A stretch of DNA of 63,788 nucleotides from a virus (lineage: Duplodnaviria; Caudoviricetes). The notes below the pieces were generated by a model that was given only the letters and a program-made list of their open reading frames with translations, made no database searches and was not told where the DNA came from. The position numbers and the translations under genes are program-made. How positions within the stretch are numbered: position 1 is the stretch's first letter; each line of letters opens with the position of its first letter. Location: positions 1 through 63,788 of IMG/VR virus record IMGVR_UViG_3300005613_000061, one strand, 5' to 3'. Below are positions 8,899-17,496 of the stretch, piece after piece.

Positions 8899-9096
8899 AT
8901 GGGATATTTATTTAACTCAATAAAGAGAATAGAAGAAAGCGACAAGTTAACAGAGTTTGAAAAAGTAGTACTATGTAAGGCGTACATATACAAGTTAGAA
9001 GAATACATAAACGCCGGCCATACGATGCAGAACGCAGATAGACAGGCACAATTTGATATTTTAAGTACTGTAATTGATTATGTAGACGTTAACTAA
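8899..9096 (+). CDS. hypothetical protein
   Basis: AAGGAGG RBS. Confidence 0.6.
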   Translation: MGYLFNSIKRIEESDKLTEFEKVVLCKAYIYKLEEYINAGHTMQNADRQAQFDILSTVIDYVDVN

Positions 9097-9112
9097 AGAG
9101 GAAGAAAAAAAC

Positions 9113-9298
9113 ATGGAAATAATAGAACAGAGTACATATTTTAGATGTATAAAATGCGGAAAAGACACTACACATCTATCTACTTGTCAAGGCGTATGTG
9201 GCGAATGTCTACATTTAAGAACTTTAGGAATAAATACAGTACACGACTATAATAGGCATTTAAAAGAAAGAAAATTAAATGAGAACAATAATAAATAG
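9113..9298 (+). CDS. small zinc-finger protein
   Basis: CIKC...CGEC. Confidence 0.55.
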   Translation: MEIIEQSTYFRCIKCGKDTTHLSTCQGVCGECLHLRTLGINTVHDYNRHLKERKLNENNNK

Positions 9299-9869
9299 AA
9301 TAAGAAAAATAATACCGATAATAATTCTTTTTATTCTCTGTGGTTATACGTTAGCATGTGCAGAGACAGTTAATCAATTAAGAGTATTATACAAGAACGA
9401 CCCACACGGATTAGCCAAATGGATGAAGGGCAATATTACATATACAAAAGACTGGGACGACATACACCAATCTCCACATGTTACGGCAAAGACAGGTAAA
9501 GCAGATTGTGAAGACTACGCTATATTAGCAAGAGCCGTTTTAGGTAAAGGAAGATTAGTAGTAGAAAATGATGGTCATAACAAACATGTAATATTAGTGT
9601 TTTGGCATAAAGATATAAAATATGTATTTAGCAATCAATATTTACAAAAGTCTCAAGATTATAAATACGGCACGAATAAGAAAAAGTTTGTGCCTGATAT
9701 AAAGAATAAGTTTAAGATAGTAGGCACTAGCGCCGAGATTTTGAAGTTAAAGAGAGAAGTACAGAGATTAAAGGACGACCCATTTAATGCTGGTTATTTT
9801 AGAGATACAGAGATAAGAAAGTTAGAGGGTAAAATATATAAACTTCAAAGACAGTTAAACAGGGTATAA
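9279..9869 (+). CDS. exported transglutaminase-like cysteine protease (BTLCP-like)
   Basis: signal peptide ending ACA; GKADCEDYAIL catalytic Cys, HVILV His. Confidence 0.7.
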   Translation: MRTIINRIRKIIPIIILFILCGYTLACAETVNQLRVLYKNDPHGLAKWMKGNITYTKDWDDIHQSPHVTAKTGKADCEDYAILARAVLGKGRLVVENDGHNKHVILVFWHKDIKYVFSNQYLQKSQDYKYGTNKKKFVPDIKNKFKIVGTSAEILKLKREVQRLKDDPFNAGYFRDTEIRKLEGKIYKLQRQLNRV

Positions 9870-9993
9870 TGATATATGAGAATTAAAAAGATATGTAAAC
9901 TAATTATATTAATACCAATATGGGCAATATTCACGTTATTAATGAAAACGGCGAATATGTTAGACAGAGTTATTAATGATTGGAGAGATTGAT

Positions 9994-10242
9994 ATGACAG
10001 CCGAAGAAAGAAGAGAGATAGAAATTAAGATATATCGTCAAATACGAGAAACCAAGAAAAGATATGGTAGACTAGTAGATGAAATAGACTTTTGCGACTT
10101 TGCAATAGCAGAGAATATTTTTGATAATATTTTAAAAGAAGGTATAGAGAAAATGGGCGGAGTTATCTGCTCAGATTGTAGAAAGATAGTATTAACTCCG
10201 AAACAATGTATAGATAGGTATTCTAAAAAGAGGGAGGTGTAA
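9994..10242 (+). CDS. hypothetical protein
   Basis: GGAG RBS before ATG 9994. Confidence 0.55.
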   Translation: MTAEERREIEIKIYRQIRETKKRYGRLVDEIDFCDFAIAENIFDNILKEGIEKMGGVICSDCRKIVLTPKQCIDRYSKKREV

Positions 10243-10243
10243 T

Positions 10244-10432
10244 ATGGGTAGTTGTAGTAATAGAGGAGAGACACGAGAAGAGAGATTAGGAAGATTTGCA
10301 AAGAACATCAGCTCAACACGAGACACATCATCTTTTGAGTGGCAGACATCTAAGGGAGCAGAGATAAGAGGAGAACTAGGCATAAAAAGAGGAAACGAGT
10401 TTATTAAAGCAATCAAGGAGGCGAGCAGATGA
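10244..10432 (+). CDS. hypothetical protein
   Basis: GGAGGT RBS. Confidence 0.55.
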   Translation: MGSCSNRGETREERLGRFAKNISSTRDTSSFEWQTSKGAEIRGELGIKRGNEFIKAIKEASR

Positions 10433-10809
10433 AATATAAAGGATACCACATTATAAAAATAGCGCCATCAATATTTAGAGTTAAATTGAACTCTAGAGAC
10501 AGCTACGCAATACATCATGGGTCTTTTAGTACTGAGAGAGAAGCAAAACGCTACATTAGCGCCGTATTGTTAGAAGAAATACATGAAGAAGAGGCAATAA
10601 GAAAAAAAACGTACAAAAATAAGAGAGTAACAAAAAAAATATTATATAAGTTTCTAAATAAAGAACGTAAAGACTTTAATTTATGGGCAGGCAATTACGA
10701 AGAACAGTTAGAGAAAATGGCCAAGTACATAAATTCCTTACTGGCTAAACAAGAGAAAAAGAGTAATATAGATTTAACGCCAGATGAGAAAGAGTGTTAT
10801 TATGACTAA
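10429..10809 (+). CDS. hypothetical protein (possible AP2-like N-terminus)
   Basis: AGGAGG RBS; HGSFSTEREA motif. Confidence 0.55.
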   Translation: MKYKGYHIIKIAPSIFRVKLNSRDSYAIHHGSFSTEREAKRYISAVLLEEIHEEEAIRKKTYKNKRVTKKILYKFLNKERKDFNLWAGNYEEQLEKMAKYINSLLAKQEKKSNIDLTPDEKECYYD

Positions 10810-11095
10810 AGAACTTAACATATTAATATATGCAAAGCCTGAAAAAGTGGAACACAAAATGGCGGACAAAGTTCATCCAGATACTTGTCATTGTTTTTGG
10901 ACTGGAAGATGCCCAGTAAAAAATAAACTTGACAAGATATGTAATGTGTATTTTAGCGACGGCAATCACATCTATGCCAAAGGATATTTCTTTTATGCAA
11001 TGTCATTACTCAATAAACAAATAAGTTTTTCCCCGTTAGAAAGAGTTAATTTAAAACAACCGCAAAAGCCGCCAACAAGAGGATGGTGTTACTGA
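10802..11095 (+). CDS. hypothetical protein
   Basis: ORF ending KPPTRGWCY. Confidence 0.55.
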   Translation: MTKELNILIYAKPEKVEHKMADKVHPDTCHCFWTGRCPVKNKLDKICNVYFSDGNHIYAKGYFFYAMSLLNKQISFSPLERVNLKQPQKPPTRGWCY

Positions 11096-11210
11096 TTACG
11101 TAGACCATTATAGAAGCACAAAAGGTGATGCAGATAACAGAGAGTATGCCTCATTACTTGGAACAGGCGCCACCTTACGTGAAAAGGCGTACGAATTACT
11201 GACAAAATAG
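11088..11210 (+). pseudogene. orphan C-terminal fragment of a DUF932-like gene
   Basis: start-less frame VTDYVDHYRSTKGDADNREYASLLGTGATLREKAYELLTK* resembles the DUF932 C-terminus. Confidence 0.55.
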
Positions 11211-11224
11211 GCGTAGATGAGAAG

Positions 11225-11247
11225 GGCGAGAGCACAACACTCTCGCC
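11225..11247 (+). terminator. GC-rich hairpin, probable terminator
   Basis: GGCGAGAG-CACAACA-CTCTCGCC; weak T-tail. Confidence 0.5.
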
Positions 11248-11364
11248 TAACTCCTTTAAATATAAGAACTTAGAAATATATTAAATATTAAGTCGTATTA
11301 CATAACATATTGATATATAAGGACTTAGAAACACAATATATTTAACTTTTTTTCGTGGCTACCC

Positions 11365-11393
11365 TTGACAAACATATAAAATCGTGTTACTAT
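11365..11393 (+). promoter_or_regulatory. sigma70-type promoter with extended -10
   Basis: TTGACA, 17 bp, TG-n-TACTAT; T-rich UP-like tract upstream; GGAGG RBS and ATG 11418 downstream. Confidence 0.8.
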
Positions 11394-11417
11394 ATAAGTA
11401 TAACACGGGAGGATGAA

Positions 11418-11771
11418 ATGGAAAACAAATTAAACGAAAAAAGAGAACAGAGACGGACGGAAGAAAGAATCGCACGTACAATATTAGAGCAGATTAAAGC
11501 AAACGATGTTTGGGCGTTAGCGGCTTACGGCGCAAAGAACTTTATAGCACATAATGCAGATAACAGTAAATTGGGCGGAGTACAGTTTGACGTTAATGGA
11601 TTAAATTTCAAGGGTCGTGTTATTATTGAGTTAATGTTTGATGATACGTATACAATTACTTTTGGAAAATTAAACGTAAAGTATGAATGGAACGAGATTA
11701 AAAAAGTAGAAGGCGTATACTTTGATATGTTAGTAGATGTTTTAGACTTCATTGAAAAGAAGGGAGCGTAA
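11418..11771 (+). CDS. hypothetical early protein
   Basis: GGAGG RBS; DDTYTITF...GVYFDML motif. Confidence 0.7.
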   Translation: MENKLNEKREQRRTEERIARTILEQIKANDVWALAAYGAKNFIAHNADNSKLGGVQFDVNGLNFKGRVIIELMFDDTYTITFGKLNVKYEWNEIKKVEGVYFDMLVDVLDFIEKKGA

Positions 11772-11772
11772 T

Positions 11773-12084
11773 ATGGAACGTAATGTATATATTCCTACAA
11801 AAGATAAGCCGTATAGATTGCCGCCAAAATCGTTAACAAATAATCAAACGAACTTGGTTAATTACGTAAGTACAACTAAGAGAGCAAATATGCAAGATGT
11901 ACGTACATTAGCTTATTTACTTTATCAAGAATGTTTGATAAATGGTTCAAGATACTGTGAAATAGTAGAAAGTAGTTACGACCCGAATCAAATTATACGT
12001 ATATCGGCATTTAATAGTATTCTATTTAGCGCAAATGAGGCAAAATGTGGAAAAATTATTTATCCAGATAATGAGGAGGAATAA
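11773..12084 (+). CDS. hypothetical protein
   Basis: GGGAG RBS. Confidence 0.55.
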   Translation: MERNVYIPTKDKPYRLPPKSLTNNQTNLVNYVSTTKRANMQDVRTLAYLLYQECLINGSRYCEIVESSYDPNQIIRISAFNSILFSANEAKCGKIIYPDNEEE

Positions 12085-12085
12085 T

Positions 12086-12319
12086 ATGAGAGAATATATA
12101 TTAGTTACAGTAGACGATATAGTATATACGGCAGATGTTGAAGTAACTTACGCCAGATGTAGTAATTATGGAGCAGACTACGACGGCAATAGAGGAATAC
12201 CGACAAGTATTTTTATTGAGGAAATTCTTATACATGAGATAGAAGACGATAACGGGGATTTAGTAGAGATTACGGAGTTTTTAAGAACAGTAGTAGAAAA
12301 CGAAGTACACAAACTATAA
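12086..12319 (+). CDS. hypothetical protein (YGADYDGNRG motif)
   Basis: GAGGAGG RBS before ATG 12086. Confidence 0.65.
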   Translation: MREYILVTVDDIVYTADVEVTYARCSNYGADYDGNRGIPTSIFIEEILIHEIEDDNGDLVEITEFLRTVVENEVHKL

Positions 12320-12336
12320 AACGGAGTATAAGACAA

Positions 12337-12708
12337 ATGAAAAAACATATTACACAGATGACTAGAGAAGATATAGAAAAGTTAACACATACGGTCAATA
12401 ATATGTTAACAGGCACTCGTAGAGTAAAATTTAGCGGACATGCTATAGAACGTATAATTGAGAAAAATATAGACGGCAGTCGTATATTAGCAGCCTTAAA
12501 AAATGCTGACATAATAGAGTATCATCTAAGAGAGCATAGTAAGGAACAATCGGACAAAAGAGTATTATTACGTAGTAGAGATGTAGTAGATAATAAAAAC
12601 TTTTGTGTAGTACTATCATTAGACAAAAATAAAGTAATAACAGTATATGTAAATAATGTAAATGATACACATTCTACATTAGATAAAAGTAAAATTACTA
12701 CGACCTAG
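12337..12708 (+). CDS. DUF4258/RelE-fold-like hypothetical protein
   Basis: FSGHAIER...RVLLR...VVLS...VITVY pattern. Confidence 0.5.
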   Translation: MKKHITQMTREDIEKLTHTVNNMLTGTRRVKFSGHAIERIIEKNIDGSRILAALKNADIIEYHLREHSKEQSDKRVLLRSRDVVDNKNFCVVLSLDKNKVITVYVNNVNDTHSTLDKSKITTT

Positions 12709-12785
12709 AAACAACGGTTAAGATGTTGAGAGGAGAAGGATGATGACCAATAAGAAGCTGATTTCGTTTAAGAAAGGAGAAAATA

Positions 12786-13058
12786 ATGATTACAAGTAGC
12801 GGAGCTTTATGTGATGTATGTGGAAAATATATTCTACCATTAATGAGCTTATTTGGATTAGAAGAAACTGAAATGGTTAATGAATTTAATATAAAAGGAA
12901 TAAATGAAATCTTACATTGTGATAATAAATGTAAGAAATTATTGCTATCAATAGGAAATGATTGGACTAAACTTCCAAAAGAAGGAAGATTGTACAAAGT
13001 GTTTAAAGAAACGTTAGATAAAAGTAACTATAATGAAAAGTTAGAAATATCAATATAA
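12786..13058 (+). CDS. zinc-binding hypothetical protein
   Basis: CDVC...HCDNKC; AAGGAG RBS. Confidence 0.6.
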   Translation: MITSSGALCDVCGKYILPLMSLFGLEETEMVNEFNIKGINEILHCDNKCKKLLLSIGNDWTKLPKEGRLYKVFKETLDKSNYNEKLEISI

Positions 13059-13067
13059 GGGGGATTT

Positions 13068-13355
13068 ATGGAAGAACTTAGAGTCTATAGTATGAAAGAA
13101 ATAGCTAATTATTTTGTAGAACGAGTAAACAAAGATATTGATAGTACTAAAGTTGAAATGATACAATTCGAGTTAGATACAAATAGTAATAAAGATAGTT
13201 GGCAATATATATTTAAACTTACAAAGAGACCAACAACAAACGATTTAAAGGTAATAAAGACTCTTGTATACGTATATTTTGAACAAGACTTAATTATAGG
13301 AGATAACGATTTAACTTTTTCAGTAAGCGGAAACGATGGGAGATTACGTGTCTAA
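13068..13355 (+). CDS. hypothetical protein
   Basis: AAGGGGG RBS. Confidence 0.6.
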   Translation: MEELRVYSMKEIANYFVERVNKDIDSTKVEMIQFELDTNSNKDSWQYIFKLTKRPTTNDLKVIKTLVYVYFEQDLIIGDNDLTFSVSGNDGRLRV

Positions 13356-13515
13356 GAAAAAACGCAACAAAAAAGTTACAGTATTAGACATTATAAAAGG
13401 GATAAGAAAAGTATGGGAAATAAACCCAAAAACACGAATTAAGAGAAGTAAGAAAGGGTATAATAGAACTAGGGATAAACGAGTTATAGAACGAAGGGGG
13501 AAATATGAACACTAG
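13348..13515 (+). CDS. small basic protein (IRKVWEINPKTRIKRSKKGYNR)
   Basis: hand-translated, GTG start with GGGAG RBS, 55 aa. Confidence 0.55.
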   Translation: MSKKKRNKKVTVLDIIKGIRKVWEINPKTRIKRSKKGYNRTRDKRVIERRGKYEH

Positions 13516-13706
13516 AGAAAAAATATTATATTAGCGGAACCAAAAATTTAATTCTAGGTAGAAAGATAACAAATGGATTTGTAGTACGTGGATTGGAAAG
13601 TGTACAAACTAAGATTAGAGAGTTACAAACACTAGGTTACGAGGCAATCACCTACTTTGACTTTACACAAAAGCAAATTAACTCATGGTTAACAGCAAGA
13701 AATTAA
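13505..13706 (+). pseudogene. frameshifted paralog of 15839-16075
   Basis: ATG 13505 frame stops after 9 codons; removing one A from the A6 run gives MNTREKYYISGTKNLILGRKITNGFVVRGL...LTARN*. Confidence 0.6.
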
Positions 13707-13724
13707 AATAAAACGGAGCATATT

Positions 13725-13913
13725 ATGCAAATTAAAGCAAAAGCACAGAGAATACAACAAGAGATAGTAGAGTTAAAGGGCATATTGGCAAAGAAACTTG
13801 AGTCATTAGCTTTATATATTAATCGTATAGATTATTTAGAAAAGAATAAAGGTACTTATGAGACATTAAATAAGTTATATGCTATACGAGACTCATTAGA
13901 CGAACTAAACTAG
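13725..13913 (+). CDS. hypothetical protein
   Basis: GGAG RBS. Confidence 0.55.
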   Translation: MQIKAKAQRIQQEIVELKGILAKKLESLALYINRIDYLEKNKGTYETLNKLYAIRDSLDELN

Positions 13914-13944
13914 AACAAATAGGCGACAACGAAAGGCACTAGAT

Positions 13945-14154
13945 ATGAAAAAAGACGTAGGCAAGCATAAACGTACTAAGAGAAGAATAAAACGCCCACG
14001 GACGCCAAACAATTTGAATTTTTGGTTATTTGTTTTAGAGAATGAAGAAGAAACAAAACAGTTTATGGAACGAGGGAGCGACAGAGCAAAGAGAGAATTG
14101 AAACAGGCACAGAGATACAAAGATTATTTAGAGAAGGAGAAAGAAAATGGCTGA
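13945..14154 (+). CDS. basic hypothetical protein
   Basis: ORF, operon packing. Confidence 0.5.
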   Translation: MKKDVGKHKRTKRRIKRPRTPNNLNFWLFVLENEEETKQFMERGSDRAKRELKQAQRYKDYLEKEKENG

Positions 14155-14494
14155 GTATAGAATATACAAAGATAATATACTTGTTAAAACTGTAAAAAAT
14201 AAATCTGATGTTATGCGTTATGTAGGTCGTGAACGAGATGTTTCTCGTAACTATAACGCAAAGTATCAGTCTTTTTTAAATGGCGAGCTATGTCAAGATT
14301 ATAGAACTAAGGCCGAGATTGAAATGGCACAACGTATTAAACAAGCGAGTTTAGAAAACTGCCAAGCCTGTGGTATAGAGTCTCATAAATTTAGTTGGGC
14401 TTTGTTAGATTTAGAGAATCAAAATTATATTTTAAAAGTGTGTCCAGAATGTGGAACAGTAAAAGCCATAAAAAAAACAGGAGGAAGAAGATGA
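14147..14494 (+). CDS. zinc-ribbon protein
   Basis: CQAC...CPECG; AAGGAG RBS. Confidence 0.6.
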   Translation: MAEYRIYKDNILVKTVKNKSDVMRYVGRERDVSRNYNAKYQSFLNGELCQDYRTKAEIEMAQRIKQASLENCQACGIESHKFSWALLDLENQNYILKVCPECGTVKAIKKTGGRR

Positions 14495-14697
14495 GTAAAT
14501 ATACATTAATAGGTGTAAACGGTAATGCGTTTAGTGTTATGGGTTATGTTACAAAGGCTATGAGAAATGAGGGGCTTACTAAAGAGGAAATTGCAGAATA
14601 TCAGGACAAGGCTATGGGAGGCAATTACAGTAACTTATTAAAAGTAAGTCAAGAAGTGGTAAATAAATTAAATGAAGGAGAAGATACAGATGAGTAA
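14491..14697 (+). CDS. conserved hypothetical protein (LIGVNGNAFSVMG motif)
   Basis: AGGAGG RBS before ATG 14491. Confidence 0.7.
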   Translation: MSKYTLIGVNGNAFSVMGYVTKAMRNEGLTKEEIAEYQDKAMGGNYSNLLKVSQEVVNKLNEGEDTDE

Positions 14698-15760
14698 ATT
14701 AATAGTTGAAGTATGTAAAGTAAAGTCTATAAGAAAACACCCTAATGCAGACAAGCTGTCCGTAGTAGTAATAAAAGACTGGGCGTGCATTGTAGGACTA
14801 GACCAATATAAGCCGGGAGATTTAGTCGTATTTGTTCCACCTGATAGCGTAGTGCCGTCAGAGACAGCAGAGAAATATAATCTGGAATATTTACGTAAAA
14901 ACGGTCGAGTACGTACGGTTAAACTACGAGGATTTATAAGTCAAGGACTAGTGCTGAGTATTCCAGAAGGTCAGAAATGGAAAGAAGGACAAGACGTAGC
15001 CAAATATTTTGGTATTACTAAATACGACCCGCCTACGCCAGAATATCAAAGATTAAATAACGGTAATAGACCAACTAAGAAAAAGAAAAATCCTCTATTT
15101 GATAAGTATACAAATATAGAGAATATTAAAAATTATACTACTGTCTTTAAAAGTGGAGAACAAGTCGTTATAACCGAGAAGATTCACGGAACAAATTTTA
15201 GAGCAGGGAAATTAGCCAGATATAAGAATAATTTATGGGGCAAAATAAAATCCTATTTCTTCGGAGCATATGAGTTTGTATATGGAAGTCATAGTATTCA
15301 GATAGTGGGATTTAAGGGTAGAAAGTGTTTTTATGGCGAAGACGTATATGGAAGAATGGCAAAGAAATACAATCTTGCCGACAAAATACCAGAAGATTAT
15401 ATTATATATGGTGAGATATATGGCAAGAAGATTCAAGATTTAGAGTATGGGCGTGATGACATTGACGTAGCATTTTTTGATGTGAAATATAAGGGGAAAT
15501 ATTTAGACTACGATGAGTTTAAGAAGTTCTGCGAAAAATACAAATTACCCACTGTACCAGAATTATATAAGGGCGGATTTTCTCAAATGGCATTATATGC
15601 CTACACTATCGGCAATTCAGTGTTATACAAAGAACAGATAAGAGAGGGTTGTATAACAAAACCGTTAAAAGAAGAGTACGACCATACAATAGGAAGAAAG
15701 ATATTAAAAAGTATTAATAAAGAATACTTGTTAAGGAAAGACAGAACGGACTATAAATAA
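14690..15760 (+). CDS. RNA ligase, DRB0094/Rnl5 family
   Basis: N-terminal HPNADKL OB-like domain, LRGFISQGL, motif I TEKIHGTN, YGEIYG, FFDV, REGCITK, LKSIN. Confidence 0.9.
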   Translation: MSKLIVEVCKVKSIRKHPNADKLSVVVIKDWACIVGLDQYKPGDLVVFVPPDSVVPSETAEKYNLEYLRKNGRVRTVKLRGFISQGLVLSIPEGQKWKEGQDVAKYFGITKYDPPTPEYQRLNNGNRPTKKKKNPLFDKYTNIENIKNYTTVFKSGEQVVITEKIHGTNFRAGKLARYKNNLWGKIKSYFFGAYEFVYGSHSIQIVGFKGRKCFYGEDVYGRMAKKYNLADKIPEDYIIYGEIYGKKIQDLEYGRDDIDVAFFDVKYKGKYLDYDEFKKFCEKYKLPTVPELYKGGFSQMALYAYTIGNSVLYKEQIREGCITKPLKEEYDHTIGRKILKSINKEYLLRKDRTDYK

Positions 15761-15838
15761 CAGCATATAAGTTGTATTTATGGAAAGGGTATAATGTGTA
15801 AGACAATTACTAACCTAATTAATGGAGGTATGAGCGTA

Positions 15839-16075
15839 ATGACCATTGACCGTTATTATGTGAGCGGAACAAAGAGTATTATGGGAGTTGAGCGAACAGA
15901 TGGTTTTCTAGTTGCAGGATTGAACGGAGCGGAAAACAAGTGTGACGAATTAAGATTGAACGGATATAAAAGCGTAGGACATTTTAAAGTTACACCAGAG
16001 CAAGCGCAGGTTTTTGTAGAACTTAAAAAGAAAGAAAGATACGAAAATAGATTAGACAAAAGAGAGGAAGAATAA
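15839..16075 (+). CDS. hypothetical protein (YYVSGTK...TDGFLVAGL)
   Basis: GGAGGT RBS; preceded by AGGGTATAAT; paralog at 13505. Confidence 0.65.
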   Translation: MTIDRYYVSGTKSIMGVERTDGFLVAGLNGAENKCDELRLNGYKSVGHFKVTPEQAQVFVELKKKERYENRLDKREEE

Positions 16076-16076
16076 A

Positions 16077-16238
16077 ATGAGAAAAGAATTATATAACGAA
16101 ATAACCAAACATCTTTATGTAGCGACTTTGGCAAACTTTGATAGAGCAGTAAAAAAGATACGTTATCAATTAAGAGAAGTAGGCTACGATGAAGAGACCA
16201 TAAAAAAGTACATAGATTCACGTATTTTAAGGGTATAA
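16077..16238 (+). CDS. small hypothetical protein
   Basis: hand-translated (MRKELYNEITKH...ILRV*), GAGG RBS. Confidence 0.5.
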   Translation: MRKELYNEITKHLYVATLANFDRAVKKIRYQLREVGYDEETIKKYIDSRILRV

Positions 16239-16260
16239 TATAGTAGATAAGGAGGTTACT

Positions 16261-16437
16261 ATGTTAAGTAAAGATGAGCGAAGAAAGAGACGTATGACTA
16301 TGGAGAGACAGCCTAAGAGTCTCTATGATACGTATGTGAGCGGGTTAAAGAAACAAGCCAAAGTGATAGTAGAAGAGAGAAAAAGCACCGTATTAGAAGA
16401 TATGGAAATACTGGGAAATCTAATTAACGAATTGTAG
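16261..16437 (+). CDS. small hypothetical protein (MLSKDERRKRR...)
   Basis: AAGGAGGT RBS, downstream of AGGGTATAAT. Confidence 0.6.
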   Translation: MLSKDERRKRRMTMERQPKSLYDTYVSGLKKQAKVIVEERKSTVLEDMEILGNLINEL

Positions 16438-16448
16438 AGGGAGAAGTT

Positions 16449-17261
16449 ATGAAGAGATATAAGACATTACGTATCATTACTAATTTTGCATGTGACCAGA
16501 GATGTAAATTTTGTTATCAGCAGAGATGGGATAAGAATTTTATAGAGATAGAGAATATTGAAAAGCAATTAAAGAAATATAATATAGACATTCACGATAT
16601 TAGACATATTGTAGACGATGTTACATTTATGGGCGGAGAACCGACACTTCTTGGAGACAGACTTACAGGACTTATTTATGTTTTCAGAAATATTTTAGGT
16701 ATTGGTCGTGTTAACTTGAATACAAACGGCAATAAACTTTTACGAGGAGCAACAACTCCCAGCTTATTGCATAATTTAACCTCATTGACATTTGACGTTG
16801 CATTAGGTCAAAGTAAAAGTTACGAAGAAGATTTAGCTAACATGTATAAGAAGATAGGAAAGGTCTACGATTTAATGTCTCGTGACAAGACACTAATCGT
16901 GAAATTTAATCATGTATACGGCGACGTGAATAAACAGCACTTCGCAGAGTATTTTAATAAATTTATGGACGCATTGAGATGCCTACCACAAGAGAGAACA
17001 AGAATTAGTGTATGTGAAGACGTTAACAGTGAGAACATATACTATAATGTAGCCATGTTTAGTGCAATGTTTAATTTAATGAACAGAGGTCAAAAGGATA
17101 ATTACTATGACTTACGATGGGGAAAATATAAGATAGCTTATTTTTCTCAAGAGTTATATAACGACACAGATTTAATAGTTTGGAGAGACGGTATAACAGA
17201 TAAGTTTAGCGAGTATTTAAAGGTAGTGACGAAGAAAGACAAGGTATGCGATATATTATAG
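16449..17261 (+). CDS. radical SAM enzyme
   Basis: CDQRCKFC (CxxxCxxC), FMGGEPTL, NTNG. Confidence 0.88.
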   Translation: MKRYKTLRIITNFACDQRCKFCYQQRWDKNFIEIENIEKQLKKYNIDIHDIRHIVDDVTFMGGEPTLLGDRLTGLIYVFRNILGIGRVNLNTNGNKLLRGATTPSLLHNLTSLTFDVALGQSKSYEEDLANMYKKIGKVYDLMSRDKTLIVKFNHVYGDVNKQHFAEYFNKFMDALRCLPQERTRISVCEDVNSENIYYNVAMFSAMFNLMNRGQKDNYYDLRWGKYKIAYFSQELYNDTDLIVWRDGITDKFSEYLKVVTKKDKVCDIL

Positions 17262-17494
17262 AAGAGATACAAAAGAGATATTGCGAATTTATGGCACAAT
17301 ACGGTCAATTTCCCGACACCATATTAGTAGGGACAGTAGAATATGAATTACTACATAGCATATTCTGTGAGCGTACTAAAACCAAAAAAGATATTACAGA
17401 ATTAAAAAATTTGGCAGGTACCAGAAAAATTTTAAATATGTACATAAAGCAAGTTAACGATTTAACTTATTTAAGAGTAGTGAAAGGAGTATAA
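17246..17494 (+). CDS. hypothetical protein
   Basis: overlaps the end of the radical SAM gene. Confidence 0.55.
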   Translation: MRYIIEEIQKRYCEFMAQYGQFPDTILVGTVEYELLHSIFCERTKTKKDITELKNLAGTRKILNMYIKQVNDLTYLRVVKGV

Positions 17495-17496
17495 GA

